This document shows positions 7,453-17,169 of a stretch of DNA of 52,805 nt, piece by piece. Source of the stretch: Kiritimatiellia bacterium (GTDB lineage: Bacteria; Verrucomicrobiota; Kiritimatiellia; SLAD01); contig SLGY01000001.1 in NCBI GenBank assembly GCA_007136425.1, positions 1-52,805 of the forward strand, written 5' to 3'. A model generated the notes under the pieces. The model was not told the DNA's origin. It made no database searches and saw nothing but the letters and a program-made list of their open reading frames with translations. Made by a program: the position numbers and the translations under genes. Each line of letters opens with the position of its first letter. Position 1 is the first letter of the stretch.

Positions 7453-9294
7453 ATGTGCGGCATTGTCGGATACGTGGGAAATCGGGACGCGGTCCCTCTA
7501 TTGATTGACGGCCTTAAACGCTTGGAATACCGGGGATACGATTCCGCCGGCATTGCCGTCCATTCCGACGCGCACTTGCACACCCGTAAATGCGTCGGCA
7601 GGCTGCGCGCGCTCGAAGATAACCTCGCGACGAACGCCCTGCGAGGGCGGCCCGGCATCGGCCACACGCGCTGGGCCACCCATGGCGAGCCATCCGAAAA
7701 GAATTCCCACCCGCATCTGGACGGCTCCGCACGCATTGCGGCGGTGCATAACGGGATCATCGAGAATTATCAGGAACTGCGCGACGAACTCCAGGCAGCC
7801 GGCCACACGTTTCTATCCGATACCGATACGGAGGTGATTCCGCACCTGGTCGAGCAGGAACTGGCCGCTGGAGCCGAGCATTTCGAAGACGCTCTGCTCC
7901 GGGCGCTGCGCCGAACGCGCGGCGCGTATGCCCTGGGCATGCTGTTCCAGGACGAGCCCGACACCATATACGCCGCGCGACTGGGGAGCCCCTTGATTGT
8001 CGGTCTTGGCGACAACGAATATTTCATTGCCAGCGACGTGCCCGCCATCCTGAACCATATCCGGCAGGTGATCTACCTGAATGACGGCGAGATCGCCATC
8101 CTGAAGCCCGACGGCGTCGTGGTAAAGAATCTGGAGGGAGAGACCGTGCAGCCCGCGCTCAAGACGGTGGATATCGCCCCTGAAGCCGCGGAACGCGCCG
8201 GATTCGAAACATTCATGCTCAAGGAGATTCACGAGCAGCCGCGAGTCTTGCGTACCCTGCTCGAGCGGCACGCCACTAAACAGAACCGGGTGGAATTACC
8301 CGAAGCGGGCGTGAACGGAGACTATTTCAAACAGCTACGCCGCGTGATGATGGTCAGCTGCGGCACCGCATATCATGCCGCCATGTACGGGAAGTTTCTG
8401 CTTGAACACATGACGAACCTCGCCGTGGAAACGGATTTGGGCAGCGAATTCCGCTATCGCTCGCCGCGCCTTGAGCAAGACACGCTATTTGTCGCCGTGT
8501 CCCAATCCGGCGAAACGGCGGACACCTTGGCCTCGCTGCGCTTGGCGCGGGAAAAGAACTGCCGGGTCCTTTCGATCTGCAACGTGCCCGGCAGCTCCAT
8601 GGTGCGTGATAGCGACGCCGTACTCTACACCGAAGCCGGCCCGGAAATCGGCGTGGCCTCCACGAAGGCGTACACGGCGCAATTGATGGCATTTGCGCTG
8701 CTGAGCCTTCATATCGCCCGTGTCCGGGAAGAGATTACCGAGGAACAGGAACGTGAAAGGATCGCTTCCCTCGCCGGGATCCCCGACGCGATCCATTACA
8801 TGTTGGAACGCGCCGACCATATCCGGGCCATCGCGGACAAGCATCATGACGGTCCTAGCGCATTGTATCTCGGTCGCCGATTCAATTATCCGACCGCCCT
8901 GGAAGGAGCGCTGAAGAACAAGGAGATATCCTATCAGCACGCGGAAGGCTACGCCGCCGGCGAGATGAAACATGGCCCGATCGCGCTGATCAACGAGTAC
9001 ATGCCCGTGGTCTGCATCTGCACCAAGACGGACGACGAGGTGTATGAAAAGATGATTTCGAACATGAAAGAGGTCGAGGCGCGGCACGGCCGGATCATTG
9101 CCATCGCCACGGACGGGGACCGCCACGCCGCGTCGATCGCGGAAGACATTATTTATGTTCCGGAAACGCGGGAAGAGTATTCGCCCTTGATCAACGTCGT
9201 CGCCCTCCAACTGCTCGCCTACTACGCCGCGCAGGCCCGCGGAACGGACATTGATAAACCCCGCAATCTTGCGAAGAGCGTAACGGTCGAGTAG
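7453..9294 (+). CDS. glmS: Glutamine--fructose-6-phosphate aminotransferase
   Basis: MCGIVG N-terminus, LEYRGYDSAG, GHTRWATHG, SQSGETADT, C-terminal DKPRNLAKSVTVE; GGAGG RBS. Confidence 0.98.
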   Translation: MCGIVGYVGNRDAVPLLIDGLKRLEYRGYDSAGIAVHSDAHLHTRKCVGRLRALEDNLATNALRGRPGIGHTRWATHGEPSEKNSHPHLDGSARIAAVHNGIIENYQELRDELQAAGHTFLSDTDTEVIPHLVEQELAAGAEHFEDALLRALRRTRGAYALGMLFQDEPDTIYAARLGSPLIVGLGDNEYFIASDVPAILNHIRQVIYLNDGEIAILKPDGVVVKNLEGETVQPALKTVDIAPEAAERAGFETFMLKEIHEQPRVLRTLLERHATKQNRVELPEAGVNGDYFKQLRRVMMVSCGTAYHAAMYGKFLLEHMTNLAVETDLGSEFRYRSPRLEQDTLFVAVSQSGETADTLASLRLAREKNCRVLSICNVPGSSMVRDSDAVLYTEAGPEIGVASTKAYTAQLMAFALLSLHIARVREEITEEQERERIASLAGIPDAIHYMLERADHIRAIADKHHDGPSALYLGRRFNYPTALEGALKNKEISYQHAEGYAAGEMKHGPIALINEYMPVVCICTKTDDEVYEKMISNMKEVEARHGRIIAIATDGDRHAASIAEDIIYVPETREEYSPLINVVALQLLAYYAAQARGTDIDKPRNLAKSVTVE

Positions 9295-9296
9295 GG

Positions 9297-9352
9297 AAGA
9301 AGCAAGAAGTGAAAAGTAAGAAGTAAGAAGTAAGAAGTGAGAAGTGAGAAGT
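9297..9352 (+). repeat. Heptamer tandem array (RAGAAGT)x8, left arm of the four-helix-bundle cassette
   Basis: aagaagc aagaagt gaaaagt aagaagt aagaagt aagaagt gagaagt gagaagt. Confidence 0.92.
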
Positions 9353-9375
9353 GATGGGTTAGAAGGAGAAGGACA

Positions 9376-9813
9376 ATGAACTATGAGGCGCCTTCATTTG
9401 CACATTCCTTTCGCGATCTTGTTGTTCACCGCAAGGCCCGGGAATTGGCCAAGGATGTCTTTGACTTCACCCTCACCCTGCCCAAGAATGATGAATTCTC
9501 GTTAAAGGATCAGGTCCGCCGAGCATCCCGATCGATTGGCGCTCAGATTGCTGAAGCTTGGGCTAAACGGCGCTACGAGAAGCACTTTGTCAGCAAACTG
9601 ACGGATGGTGATGCGGAGCAGATGGAAGTGCAACACTGGATGGATATCTGTTTGGACTGCGGATTTCTGAAGCAAGCCGATTACCAAGAATTTATTGAGC
9701 GTCTCGAAGAAATCAATCGCCTCTTACACGGCATGATCAACAAAGCAAATATGTTCTGCACAAACAGCCCCGACACATTGCACGAAGCCACGGAGGAATA
9801 CTTCACAGCCTGA
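9376..9813 (+). CDS. Four-helix-bundle protein (23S rRNA intervening-sequence protein / Avd-like family)
   Basis: SFRDLVVHRKA...LPKNDEFSLKDQVRRASRSIGAQIAEAWAKRRYEKHFVSKLTDGDAEQMEVQHW signature; AAGGAG RBS; about 50% GC by manual count over 9421-9780. Confidence 0.92.
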   Translation: MNYEAPSFAHSFRDLVVHRKARELAKDVFDFTLTLPKNDEFSLKDQVRRASRSIGAQIAEAWAKRRYEKHFVSKLTDGDAEQMEVQHWMDICLDCGFLKQADYQEFIERLEEINRLLHGMINKANMFCTNSPDTLHEATEEYFTA

Positions 9814-9821
9814 ACCACACT

Positions 9822-9852
9822 ACTTCTCACTTCTCACTTCTTACTTCTTACT
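9822..9852 (-). repeat. Inverted heptamer array (ACTTCTY)x4, right arm of the cassette
   Basis: acttctc acttctc acttctt acttctt act is the exact reverse complement of 9322-9352. Confidence 0.92.
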
Positions 9853-9864
9853 ATCTTCCCAATC

Positions 9865-11142
9865 ATGTCTCGTTTCATCATACACGGCGGCCGCCCGCTC
9901 AATGGCACGTTCACCCCGCTGGGCAACAAGAACGCGGTATTGCCCATGCTGGCGGCGTGCGTATTGACGGACCAACCGGTTACGCTGAAGAATGTGCCGT
10001 GGATCGATGATGTCAAAGTCATGCTGGAACTGCTTTCCTCGCTCGGCGTGGATATCCGAACGCGCGGCCGAACTTTACGCCTGCACGCGGCATCCCTCCG
10101 TGAGCGCCGCTTGGACCCCGCGTTATGCGGTCGCGTGCGTAGCTCCATCCTGCTCGCCGGACCACTGACAGCGCGGCACGGCGGCGTCACCCTCTCCCCA
10201 CCGGGCGGCGATGTGATCGGACGGCGCCGGCTCGACACCCATTTCGACGGCTTGGAATCTCTCGGCATACAGGTACGCGCCGGGGAACGCTATACCCTGA
10301 AACGGAACCGCTTGAAAGGCGCCGACATTCTTCTTGATGAAGCAAGCGTTACCGCCACGGAAAACGTCATGATGGCCGCGGTCCTCGCGCCGGGCCGCAC
10401 CACATTGTACAACGCCGCCTGCGAACCGCATGTTCGGGATCTGGGCGCGTTGCTCGTGAAGATGGGCGCGCGCATCGATGGACTCGGCACAAACCGCCTG
10501 GTGATCGAAGGCGTGAAGGAGCTGCACGGCGCGGAACACGCGGTGCAGCTCGACCATATCGAGATCGGCAGTTTCGCCGTTGCCGCCGCCGCCACAGGCG
10601 GCTCGCTACGTGTCCGGTGCGGCGGGAACAGAGAATCACTCCGCGTCATCGAACGGGCGCTGGGCCGTATCGGCGCCACGTGGAAGCTTCGTCGCGGCGT
10701 GCTGGAAGTCGGGAGCGGCGGGGCGCTGCAGGTACACTCGGATATCGGCCTGGCCATCCCGAAGATCGAGGACGGGCCCTGGCCGGCGTTCCCTTCCGAT
10801 CTCATGAGCGTGGCCATTGTCCTGGCCACGCAAGCGGCGGGCTCGATCCTGTTTTTCGAAAAGATGTTCGAAAGCCGAATGTATTTCGTCGATCAACTCA
10901 TCGCCATGGGCGCGCGCATCGTGCAGTGCGATCCGCATCGCGTACTGGTTTCCGGTCCGGCGTCGCTGCATGGGGCGCATATGGCCACACCCGATATCCG
11001 GGCGGGCATGGCACTGCTCATCGCCGCTTTATGCGCAAACGGCGAGAGCATTATTGAAAAAGCCCCGATCATCGACCGGGGCTACGAACGAATGGACGAG
11101 CGGTTGCGCGCGTTGGGCGCATATATCGAACGGGCGGACTGA
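9865..11142 (+). CDS. murA: UDP-N-acetylglucosamine 1-carboxyvinyltransferase
   Basis: GNKNAVLPMLAA, PGGDVIGRRRLDTH, ASVTATEN, NAACEPHV, PDIRAG, IDRGYE. Confidence 0.96.
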   Translation: MSRFIIHGGRPLNGTFTPLGNKNAVLPMLAACVLTDQPVTLKNVPWIDDVKVMLELLSSLGVDIRTRGRTLRLHAASLRERRLDPALCGRVRSSILLAGPLTARHGGVTLSPPGGDVIGRRRLDTHFDGLESLGIQVRAGERYTLKRNRLKGADILLDEASVTATENVMMAAVLAPGRTTLYNAACEPHVRDLGALLVKMGARIDGLGTNRLVIEGVKELHGAEHAVQLDHIEIGSFAVAAAATGGSLRVRCGGNRESLRVIERALGRIGATWKLRRGVLEVGSGGALQVHSDIGLAIPKIEDGPWPAFPSDLMSVAIVLATQAAGSILFFEKMFESRMYFVDQLIAMGARIVQCDPHRVLVSGPASLHGAHMATPDIRAGMALLIAALCANGESIIEKAPIIDRGYERMDERLRALGAYIERAD

Positions 11143-11187
11143 TATCATCCACCGTCTCGCGGCTGAAGATAGAATCGGCAGAAAAGC

Positions 11188-11226
11188 GAACCGGCCGGAG
11201 CGGTTCCATCCGCGCCCGGCCGATTC
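11188..11226. terminator. Hairpin between convergent murA and pckG, probable terminator
   Basis: GAACCGGCCGG...CCGGCCGATTC imperfect stem, flanked by AAAA on the left and CATTT on the right. Confidence 0.5.
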
Positions 11227-11248
11227 CCATTTATTCGTCTTGTCTTGG

Positions 11249-13045
11249 TCAGCCTTTCAGCTTCTCTTCCAGCGTATCCAGTTCCGCCTTCAACTCGGCG
11301 GGCAGTTTCTCGCCGAATTTAGCGAAGTGCTGGCGCATGTCGTCGATTTCCTCGCTCAACGTCTTCGTATCGACCTGCAACAGGACGTCCAGGTCCTCGT
11401 CCGACAGGGACAGACCGGACACATCCAGTTCGTTCTTTTGCGGCGCATAACCGAAGGGCGTTTCAACGGCGTCGACCGTATCGTTGCAGCGCTCGAAGAT
11501 CCACTTCAAGACGCGGCTGTTTTCACCGAATCCGGGCCATAGCCACTTGCCGTCCTCATTCTTTCGGAACCAGTTGACGTAATAGATCTTCGGCAACTTC
11601 CCTTCCTTGGCTTTTTTGCCGATATTGATCCAATGCGCCAGGTAATCACCCATGTGATACCCGCAGAAAGGCAGCATGGCCATTGGATCGCGACGCAATT
11701 TGCCTACCGTGCCGGCCGCGGCGGCGGTCATCTCAGACGACATGACCGAACCGAGGAAGGTGCCGTGATTCCAGCTGAACGCTTCGGTGACCAGCGGGAT
11801 TGTGGTCGCGCGGCGCCCACCGAAGAGGAAGGCGTCGATCGGCACACCGCCGGGATGCTCCCATTCTTCGGCGATGACCGGACATTGACGCGCCGGCGTC
11901 GTGAAACGCGCGTTCGGATGCGACGCCTTGCGGCCGCAACCCGGACGCCAGCCGCGACGCAACCAGTCGAACAGACTTTCCGGCTCGTCACCGTCCATTT
12001 CCTCCCACCAGACATCCCCGTCCGGGGTGATCGCGCAGTTCGTGAAGATGCTGTTGGCGTAGAGGGTGCGCATCGCGTTCGGATTGGACGCCATGCTGGT
12101 ACCCGGCGCGACGCCGAAGAATCCGGTTTCGGGATTGATCGCATGCAAGCGGCCGTCCGGCCCGAATTTCATCCAGGCAATATCGTCGCCGATGGTCTCA
12201 ATCTTCCAGCCGGGGATGGTCGGTTCCATCATGGCCAGATTGGTCTTGCCACAGGCGCTCGGGAACGCGGCCCCAACGTGTTTGACCTCGCCTTCCGGCG
12301 ATGTAATTTTCAGGATCAACATATGCTCGGCCAACCAGCCCTCGTCGCGCGCTTGCACGGAAGCAATACGCAGGGCATGACATTTCTTGCCGAGCAAAGC
12401 GTTTCCGCCGTAACCGGACCCGTATGACCAGATCTCGCGCGTTTCCGGATAGTGCGTGATGTACTTGTTTTCGGCATTGCAGGGCCACGGCACATCGGGC
12501 TGTTTCGGGTCTTTCAACGGAGCGCCGACGGAATGGATGCCCCGCACGTAATCATCACTGTCTCCAAGCACCTCGAGCACCTTCGTGCCGACGCGCGCCA
12601 TGATGTGCATGTTCACCACCACATAGGCGGAGTCCGTCAATTCAATACCGACTTTCGCGATCGGACTGCCGATGGGCCCCATGGAATAGGGAATCACATA
12701 CATGGTGCGCCCCTGCATACAGCCGTCGTACAGGCCGCGCAGTTTATCCTTCATTTCCTTAGGATCGGCCCAGTTATTGGTCGGGCCCGCGTCTTCTTCC
12801 TTCTCCGAACAAATGAAGGTGGTTTCCTCCACGCGCGCTACGTCGGCGGGATCGGAACGGCAATAAAAACTGTTTGGCCGAATTTCGTCGTTCAACCGGA
12901 TGAACGTACCGCCCTTTACCAGGGTATTCGTCATACGATCATATTCTTCCGGACTCCCGTCACACCAGACCACATGATCCGGCTTGCACATCGCGCGGAC
13001 TTCGTCCACCCACGCGAGGAGCTTCTTGTTCGTTGTCGCTGTCAT
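11249..13045 (-). CDS. pckG: Phosphoenolpyruvate carboxykinase (GTP)
   Basis: [53 protein letters not shown]...[11 protein letters not shown]; GGAGG RBS before 13045. Confidence 0.97.
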   Translation of the reverse strand: MTATTNKKLLAWVDEVRAMCKPDHVVWCDGSPEEYDRMTNTLVKGGTFIRLNDEIRPNSFYCRSDPADVARVEETTFICSEKEEDAGPTNNWADPKEMKDKLRGLYDGCMQGRTMYVIPYSMGPIGSPIAKVGIELTDSAYVVVNMHIMARVGTKVLEVLGDSDDYVRGIHSVGAPLKDPKQPDVPWPCNAENKYITHYPETREIWSYGSGYGGNALLGKKCHALRIASVQARDEGWLAEHMLILKITSPEGEVKHVGAAFPSACGKTNLAMMEPTIPGWKIETIGDDIAWMKFGPDGRLHAINPETGFFGVAPGTSMASNPNAMRTLYANSIFTNCAITPDGDVWWEEMDGDEPESLFDWLRRGWRPGCGRKASHPNARFTTPARQCPVIAEEWEHPGGVPIDAFLFGGRRATTIPLVTEAFSWNHGTFLGSVMSSEMTAAAAGTVGKLRRDPMAMLPFCGYHMGDYLAHWINIGKKAKEGKLPKIYYVNWFRKNEDGKWLWPGFGENSRVLKWIFERCNDTVDAVETPFGYAPQKNELDVSGLSLSDEDLDVLLQVDTKTLSEEIDDMRQHFAKFGEKLPAELKAELDTLEEKLKG

Positions 13046-13394
13046 TATAATCTTCCTCCGTATGTTAATGACCAAAATGGCTGCGAGCGGCTTGTTTTAG
13101 TCGTCTCGACACCGCTTGTGAATCAGGGCGCTCCCTCGATTGCGGCTAAGGGAAACCCTTACTCCCGCCTCCTTTCCGCACATAGCTAACCGAAACGCGC
13201 GACGATAGCAAGCGGACTCCCACATTCGTTCCGAGTAAACAGTCATCCTCATTCCGGCGACGCGTCGTCGACAAGCCCGCAGGAACTCCAGTCTCCAGTC
13301 ATACCTGAAGGCCTGACACAGCAAGGCGCGCGCTTGACGAGCGGGCGTGTTTTCCCGTAAACACGACAGATGGAAACGCTGGAGGAACGCTCTT

Positions 13395-14303
13395 ATGACG
13401 GCTAAACATGTTGGGTTGGGACGCGGCTTGGGCGCATTGATCAAAGACACCCCGGAGTCACCCGCGGGCGAAGACGCCGCGACGAAGGAACGCGACATCA
13501 CGCAGATTCCCGTCAGTCAACTCCATAAGAGCCCCTGGCAGCCGCGCCGACATTTTGATCAGGACGCATTGAACGATCTGGTGGCGTCGATAAAGGAACG
13601 GGGCGTTATTCAGCCCCTGCTCGTCCGGAAAGTAGATTCCGGCTATCAATTGATTGCCGGCGAACGGCGATTCCGCGCCGCCCAGGAAGCCGAGCTCGAT
13701 GAGGTCCCCGCCCTGGTAATGGACGTATCCGATCAGGACGCGGTGGAGATCACGCTGATCGAGAACCTGCAGCGCGAAGATCTCAACCCCATCGAGGAAG
13801 CCGAAGGCTATCAATCGTTGGTTGACCGATTCGGCATGACCCAGGAACACATCGCCGAACGAGTCGGCAAGGGGCGGGCGACCATCACCAACGTGCTCCG
13901 CTTGTTAACGCTCCCGGACAGCGTACAGCGGATGCTTGCCGAAAACCGCCTATCCAGCGGTCACGCCAAGGTGTTGCTCGGCCTTGAAATTCCCCGCGAA
14001 CAAGAGCTGCTCGCCGAGCGCGCACTGAAGGAGGGACTGTCCGTCAGGGCGCTGGAACGGGCGGTGGAGAAATTACGCAAACCGCCGCGCAAACCCCGTT
14101 CCGAGCGCGTGGACATTCCGGCCTCGCACCTGCAACATATTTCGGACCAACTCCATCAATCGTTGGGGACCAGCATCCGCTTGACGGCCAGCCGAACGCT
14201 GAGCAACGGACGAAAGGTGCCCGGCCGCATAGAAATCGACTACTATTCGCCCGACGATCTCGACCGGCTGCTCCAGATTCTCGGCGTGTCTGAGGACTTG
14301 TGA
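13395..14303 (+). CDS. parB: ParB/Spo0J family chromosome partitioning protein
   Basis: GLGRGLGALI, QPRRHF, GVIQPLLVR, IAGERRFRAA, ENLQREDLNPIEEA, HTH region. Confidence 0.95.
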   Translation: MTAKHVGLGRGLGALIKDTPESPAGEDAATKERDITQIPVSQLHKSPWQPRRHFDQDALNDLVASIKERGVIQPLLVRKVDSGYQLIAGERRFRAAQEAELDEVPALVMDVSDQDAVEITLIENLQREDLNPIEEAEGYQSLVDRFGMTQEHIAERVGKGRATITNVLRLLTLPDSVQRMLAENRLSSGHAKVLLGLEIPREQELLAERALKEGLSVRALERAVEKLRKPPRKPRSERVDIPASHLQHISDQLHQSLGTSIRLTASRTLSNGRKVPGRIEIDYYSPDDLDRLLQILGVSEDL

Positions 14304-15508
14304 GCGACGCCGACCCAGCCGCCCCGCGCGACGAGCCGTCCACGACGCAGCCGGACCCGTCGAAGACGCCGGATCGCGAGCAACAGGCCCGCGAATACGA
14401 AGCCATACACAATCGGCTGTTCGTGGTCCGGATCGGGATTACCGTGCTGGCGCTGGTTATCTACTTCTTTTCCGGCGCCTCGGCCAACCTTGCGGAAGGC
14501 CTCGACGCGCGGTTCGGCGACCAATGGTGGTGGACCAACACGATCTATATCCTCGTCACGCTCTTCGCCTTTTCCGCGCTGATGTTCCCGCTGACCCTTT
14601 TCGGCGACTATTATCTTGAGCATCGCTATGGTTTAAGTCGCCAGACGCTGAACGGCTGGTTCTCGGATTATCTGAAAGAGCTGGCGATTGATTTGCTCCT
14701 GACCACCCTTTTTCTGGCGATCGTTTATGCGCTGCTTCGCGCTTCGCCTGATTGGTGGTGGGCATGGACCACGGCCGTCTATGTCTTGCTGGCGGTCGTC
14801 CTGTCCGCCGTCTGGCCCGTGTGGATCATGCCGCTCTTCCATAAATTCGAGCCGCTTGACGACGACGCATTATCACGCGCCGTCCGCGCGTTTGCGGAAG
14901 CATCCGGCCTGGAAGTGTTGGGCGTGTATCGCTGGGGATTGGAAGAGAAAACGGAAACCGCCAATGCCGCGCTGACAGGACTCGGGAAAACGCGGCGCAT
15001 CATTCTGGGCGACACGATGCTGGAGAAATATTCAAAGGAAGAAATCATCTCCGTTCTCGCCCATGAAGTGGGCCATTTCAAACACCGCGATATAGCGCGA
15101 ATGATCGTGTCCGGCACGGTGCTGGCCGCTTTGGGCTTTTACGTCGCGCATCGGATGCTGCTCCTGCTGGTGGAGCGCTTTGGTTTCGAGCAGATCGGCG
15201 ATATCGGCGCCTTCCCGATATTCATTTTCGCCTTGTTCATCTTTTCTCTCATCTCCATGCCCCTGAGCAACGCCTATTCGCGTCGACGCGAATACGCCGC
15301 GGACGCCTATGCGGTTCGGGCCACGGGCTCCGCCGGACCGCTGGTCGGCGCATTGGAGAAACTGGCCGACCAGAATCTGGCCGACAAGGAACCCGCGCCC
15401 TGGATCGAGTTCCTGTTGCACAGTCATCCCTCGATCCGCCGGCGCATAAAACACGCACAACGATTGGACGAGGAAGGTTCGACGAGCGCAGTTCAAACAG
15501 AGTCATAG
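14300..15508 (+). CDS. M48 family (Ste24-like) membrane metalloprotease
   Basis: Multiple TM helices, ANAALTGLGKTRRIILGDT, HEVGH zinc motif, EYAADAYA, HSHPSIRRRI; GTGA overlap with parB. Confidence 0.92.
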   Translation: MSDADPAAPRDEPSTTQPDPSKTPDREQQAREYEAIHNRLFVVRIGITVLALVIYFFSGASANLAEGLDARFGDQWWWTNTIYILVTLFAFSALMFPLTLFGDYYLEHRYGLSRQTLNGWFSDYLKELAIDLLLTTLFLAIVYALLRASPDWWWAWTTAVYVLLAVVLSAVWPVWIMPLFHKFEPLDDDALSRAVRAFAEASGLEVLGVYRWGLEEKTETANAALTGLGKTRRIILGDTMLEKYSKEEIISVLAHEVGHFKHRDIARMIVSGTVLAALGFYVAHRMLLLLVERFGFEQIGDIGAFPIFIFALFIFSLISMPLSNAYSRRREYAADAYAVRATGSAGPLVGALEKLADQNLADKEPAPWIEFLLHSHPSIRRRIKHAQRLDEEGSTSAVQTES

Positions 15509-15551
15509 CCGCCGGCGTTCCCCGTGTCAAAATCACGCGACCACTCCCGCG

Positions 15552-15986
15552 TCATTGTCCGAGGCGTTGTCGTAAGGAATCCTCGAAAAGGACGACGCCG
15601 GCGATAAACATGTAGCCAAGGTTCCGAATCACGTTGCCCCAGCCCAGGACGTCCGCATCCGGCGAAGACGAAAAACAACCGCACGCAACGTCCAGTCCGC
15701 GCAGGATATTGAAGGTCATGGCCACGGTGAAGACCGCCAACATCAACAAGATCAACGTCGCTGCGGCGTCTTTGAAGCGCAACGAAAACATGACCGCCAA
15801 GGCCGCCACCAGCTCAACCCATGGCAGCGTGATCGCCGTGACGTTGATCAACGCGTTCGGCAATATCTGGTAGCGGAAGATCGACAACGCAAACGCCTCC
15901 GGAAACAGGATCTTATGAATGCAGGCAATCAGAAACACCACGCCAAGCAATACCCGGCAGGCAATCAGGATGAAGCGCACATTCAT
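15552..15986 (-). CDS. MauE/DoxX family membrane protein
   Basis: RVLLGVVFLIACIHKI, LPWVEL, RGLDVACGCF, VIRN. Confidence 0.9.
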   Translation of the reverse strand: MNVRFILIACRVLLGVVFLIACIHKILFPEAFALSIFRYQILPNALINVTAITLPWVELVAALAVMFSLRFKDAAATLILLMLAVFTVAMTFNILRGLDVACGCFSSSPDADVLGWGNVIRNLGYMFIAGVVLFEDSLRQRLGQ

Positions 15987-16480
15987 CGCCCGCCCTCCAC
16001 GGCGTACTCGGCGGCGCGCCACGCTTCCATGCCTCCGGCGAAAAGATGGATATTGGTATATCCTTGATCTCGCAAGAAGATCCCCAGCATCAACGCATCG
16101 TCACACGCCGGCCCCGAACAATAGGTGATGACCGGCTGTTCGGGAAAGAGGAAGAGTTGCATTTCGGGGAAGACCTCGTCGATATCGCGATACGGCAACA
16201 ACATGGCGCCGGGGATATAGCCCTCGGCGTATTCTTCCGGGGTACGCGCATCCAGAATGATCGACTCGCCCAATAGCGTCTGCTCGTGCACGTCCGCAAC
16301 GGAAATCAGTCCGATCCCTTCCTGCACCGCACGGGACTCCAGGTGTTCATCCCAATTATAGAACCAGGCTATGCCGCCGTCCGGACGCAGGGCGTTTACG
16401 ATGCCTCCCGCGAACAGGCCGCTAAACAGCAGAAACAGGACGCGCGTAAATAGGGTGCCGGGCTTGTTGATCGCCTTCAT
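15983..16480 (-). CDS. Membrane-anchored rhodanese-like domain protein
   Basis: N-terminal TM helix, ILDARTPEEYAEGYIPGA, ITYCSGPAC, FAGGMEAW. Confidence 0.9.
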   Translation of the reverse strand: MKAINKPGTLFTRVLFLLFSGLFAGGIVNALRPDGGIAWFYNWDEHLESRAVQEGIGLISVADVHEQTLLGESIILDARTPEEYAEGYIPGAMLLPYRDIDEVFPEMQLFLFPEQPVITYCSGPACDDALMLGIFLRDQGYTNIHLFAGGMEAWRAAEYAVEGGR

Positions 16481-16570
16481 TCCTGGTACACAATAACTCC
16501 TTTACGATGTCAGTTTGCTGCAAGAACCGCGACATTGCAACCACACAAGATACTTGAAAGGAGTCTGATC

Positions 16571-17029
16571 ATGGGATTACTTGAAGGGAAAAAGGCGCCG
16601 GACTTTAGTTTGAAGGGTAGCGACGGGAAGACGCACAAGTTAAGCGATTATGCGGGCAAACCGGTCGTTCTTTACTTCTATCCGAAAGACGATACGCCCG
16701 GCTGCACGAAGGAAGCCTGCGGTTTCCGCGACCTGAACAAGGAATTGCAGAAAAAAGGGGCGACCGTGCTGGGCATCAGCCGAGACGACCTCGACGCCCA
16801 CAACCGCTTCATCGAGAAATACAAGCTGCCTTTTGTGCTTTTGTCCGATCCGGACGCCAAAGTGATGGCCCGATACGGCGCCTTCGGAAAGAAGAAAATG
16901 TATGGCAAGGAAGTCGAAGGCGTGATTCGTTCCACGGTCCTTGTGGGACCGGACGGGAAAGTCGCGAAACACTGGGCGCGTGTGCCGAAGGCCGAGACCC
17001 ATCCCGAACAGGTTTTGGCAGCGCTTTAG
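16571..17029 (+). CDS. bcp: Peroxiredoxin, BCP/PrxQ type
   Basis: APDFSL, VVLYFYPKDDTPGCTKEACGFRD, RSTVLV; AAGGAG RBS. Confidence 0.95.
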   Translation: MGLLEGKKAPDFSLKGSDGKTHKLSDYAGKPVVLYFYPKDDTPGCTKEACGFRDLNKELQKKGATVLGISRDDLDAHNRFIEKYKLPFVLLSDPDAKVMARYGAFGKKKMYGKEVEGVIRSTVLVGPDGKVAKHWARVPKAETHPEQVLAAL

Positions 17030-17111
17030 AACATTCAAAGTAATTCCGTGGCCGCCGGCGTTCGGGTGTGTTGAATCAGAAGTATCTTGCATTACATCCG
17101 GTCGGCAAGCA

Positions 17112-17169
17112 TCCGTAGCGCCGATTTCCAATCGGCGCATTTGCTCCCATTGAAAATGGGAGCTACGGA
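17112..17169. repeat. GTAG-type REP doublet
   Basis: TCCGTAG-CGCCGATTTCCAATCGGCG...CTCCCATTGAAAATGGGAG-CTACGGA: two hairpins closed by TCCGTAGC/GCTACGGA. Confidence 0.65.

Noticed and set aside
9376-9813. Diversity-generating retroelement (Avd-like gene)
   Set aside because: No reverse transcriptase and no TR/VR pair with adenine-specific differences; the 26.4-27.0 kb duplication differs at all base types, has indels and is non-coding
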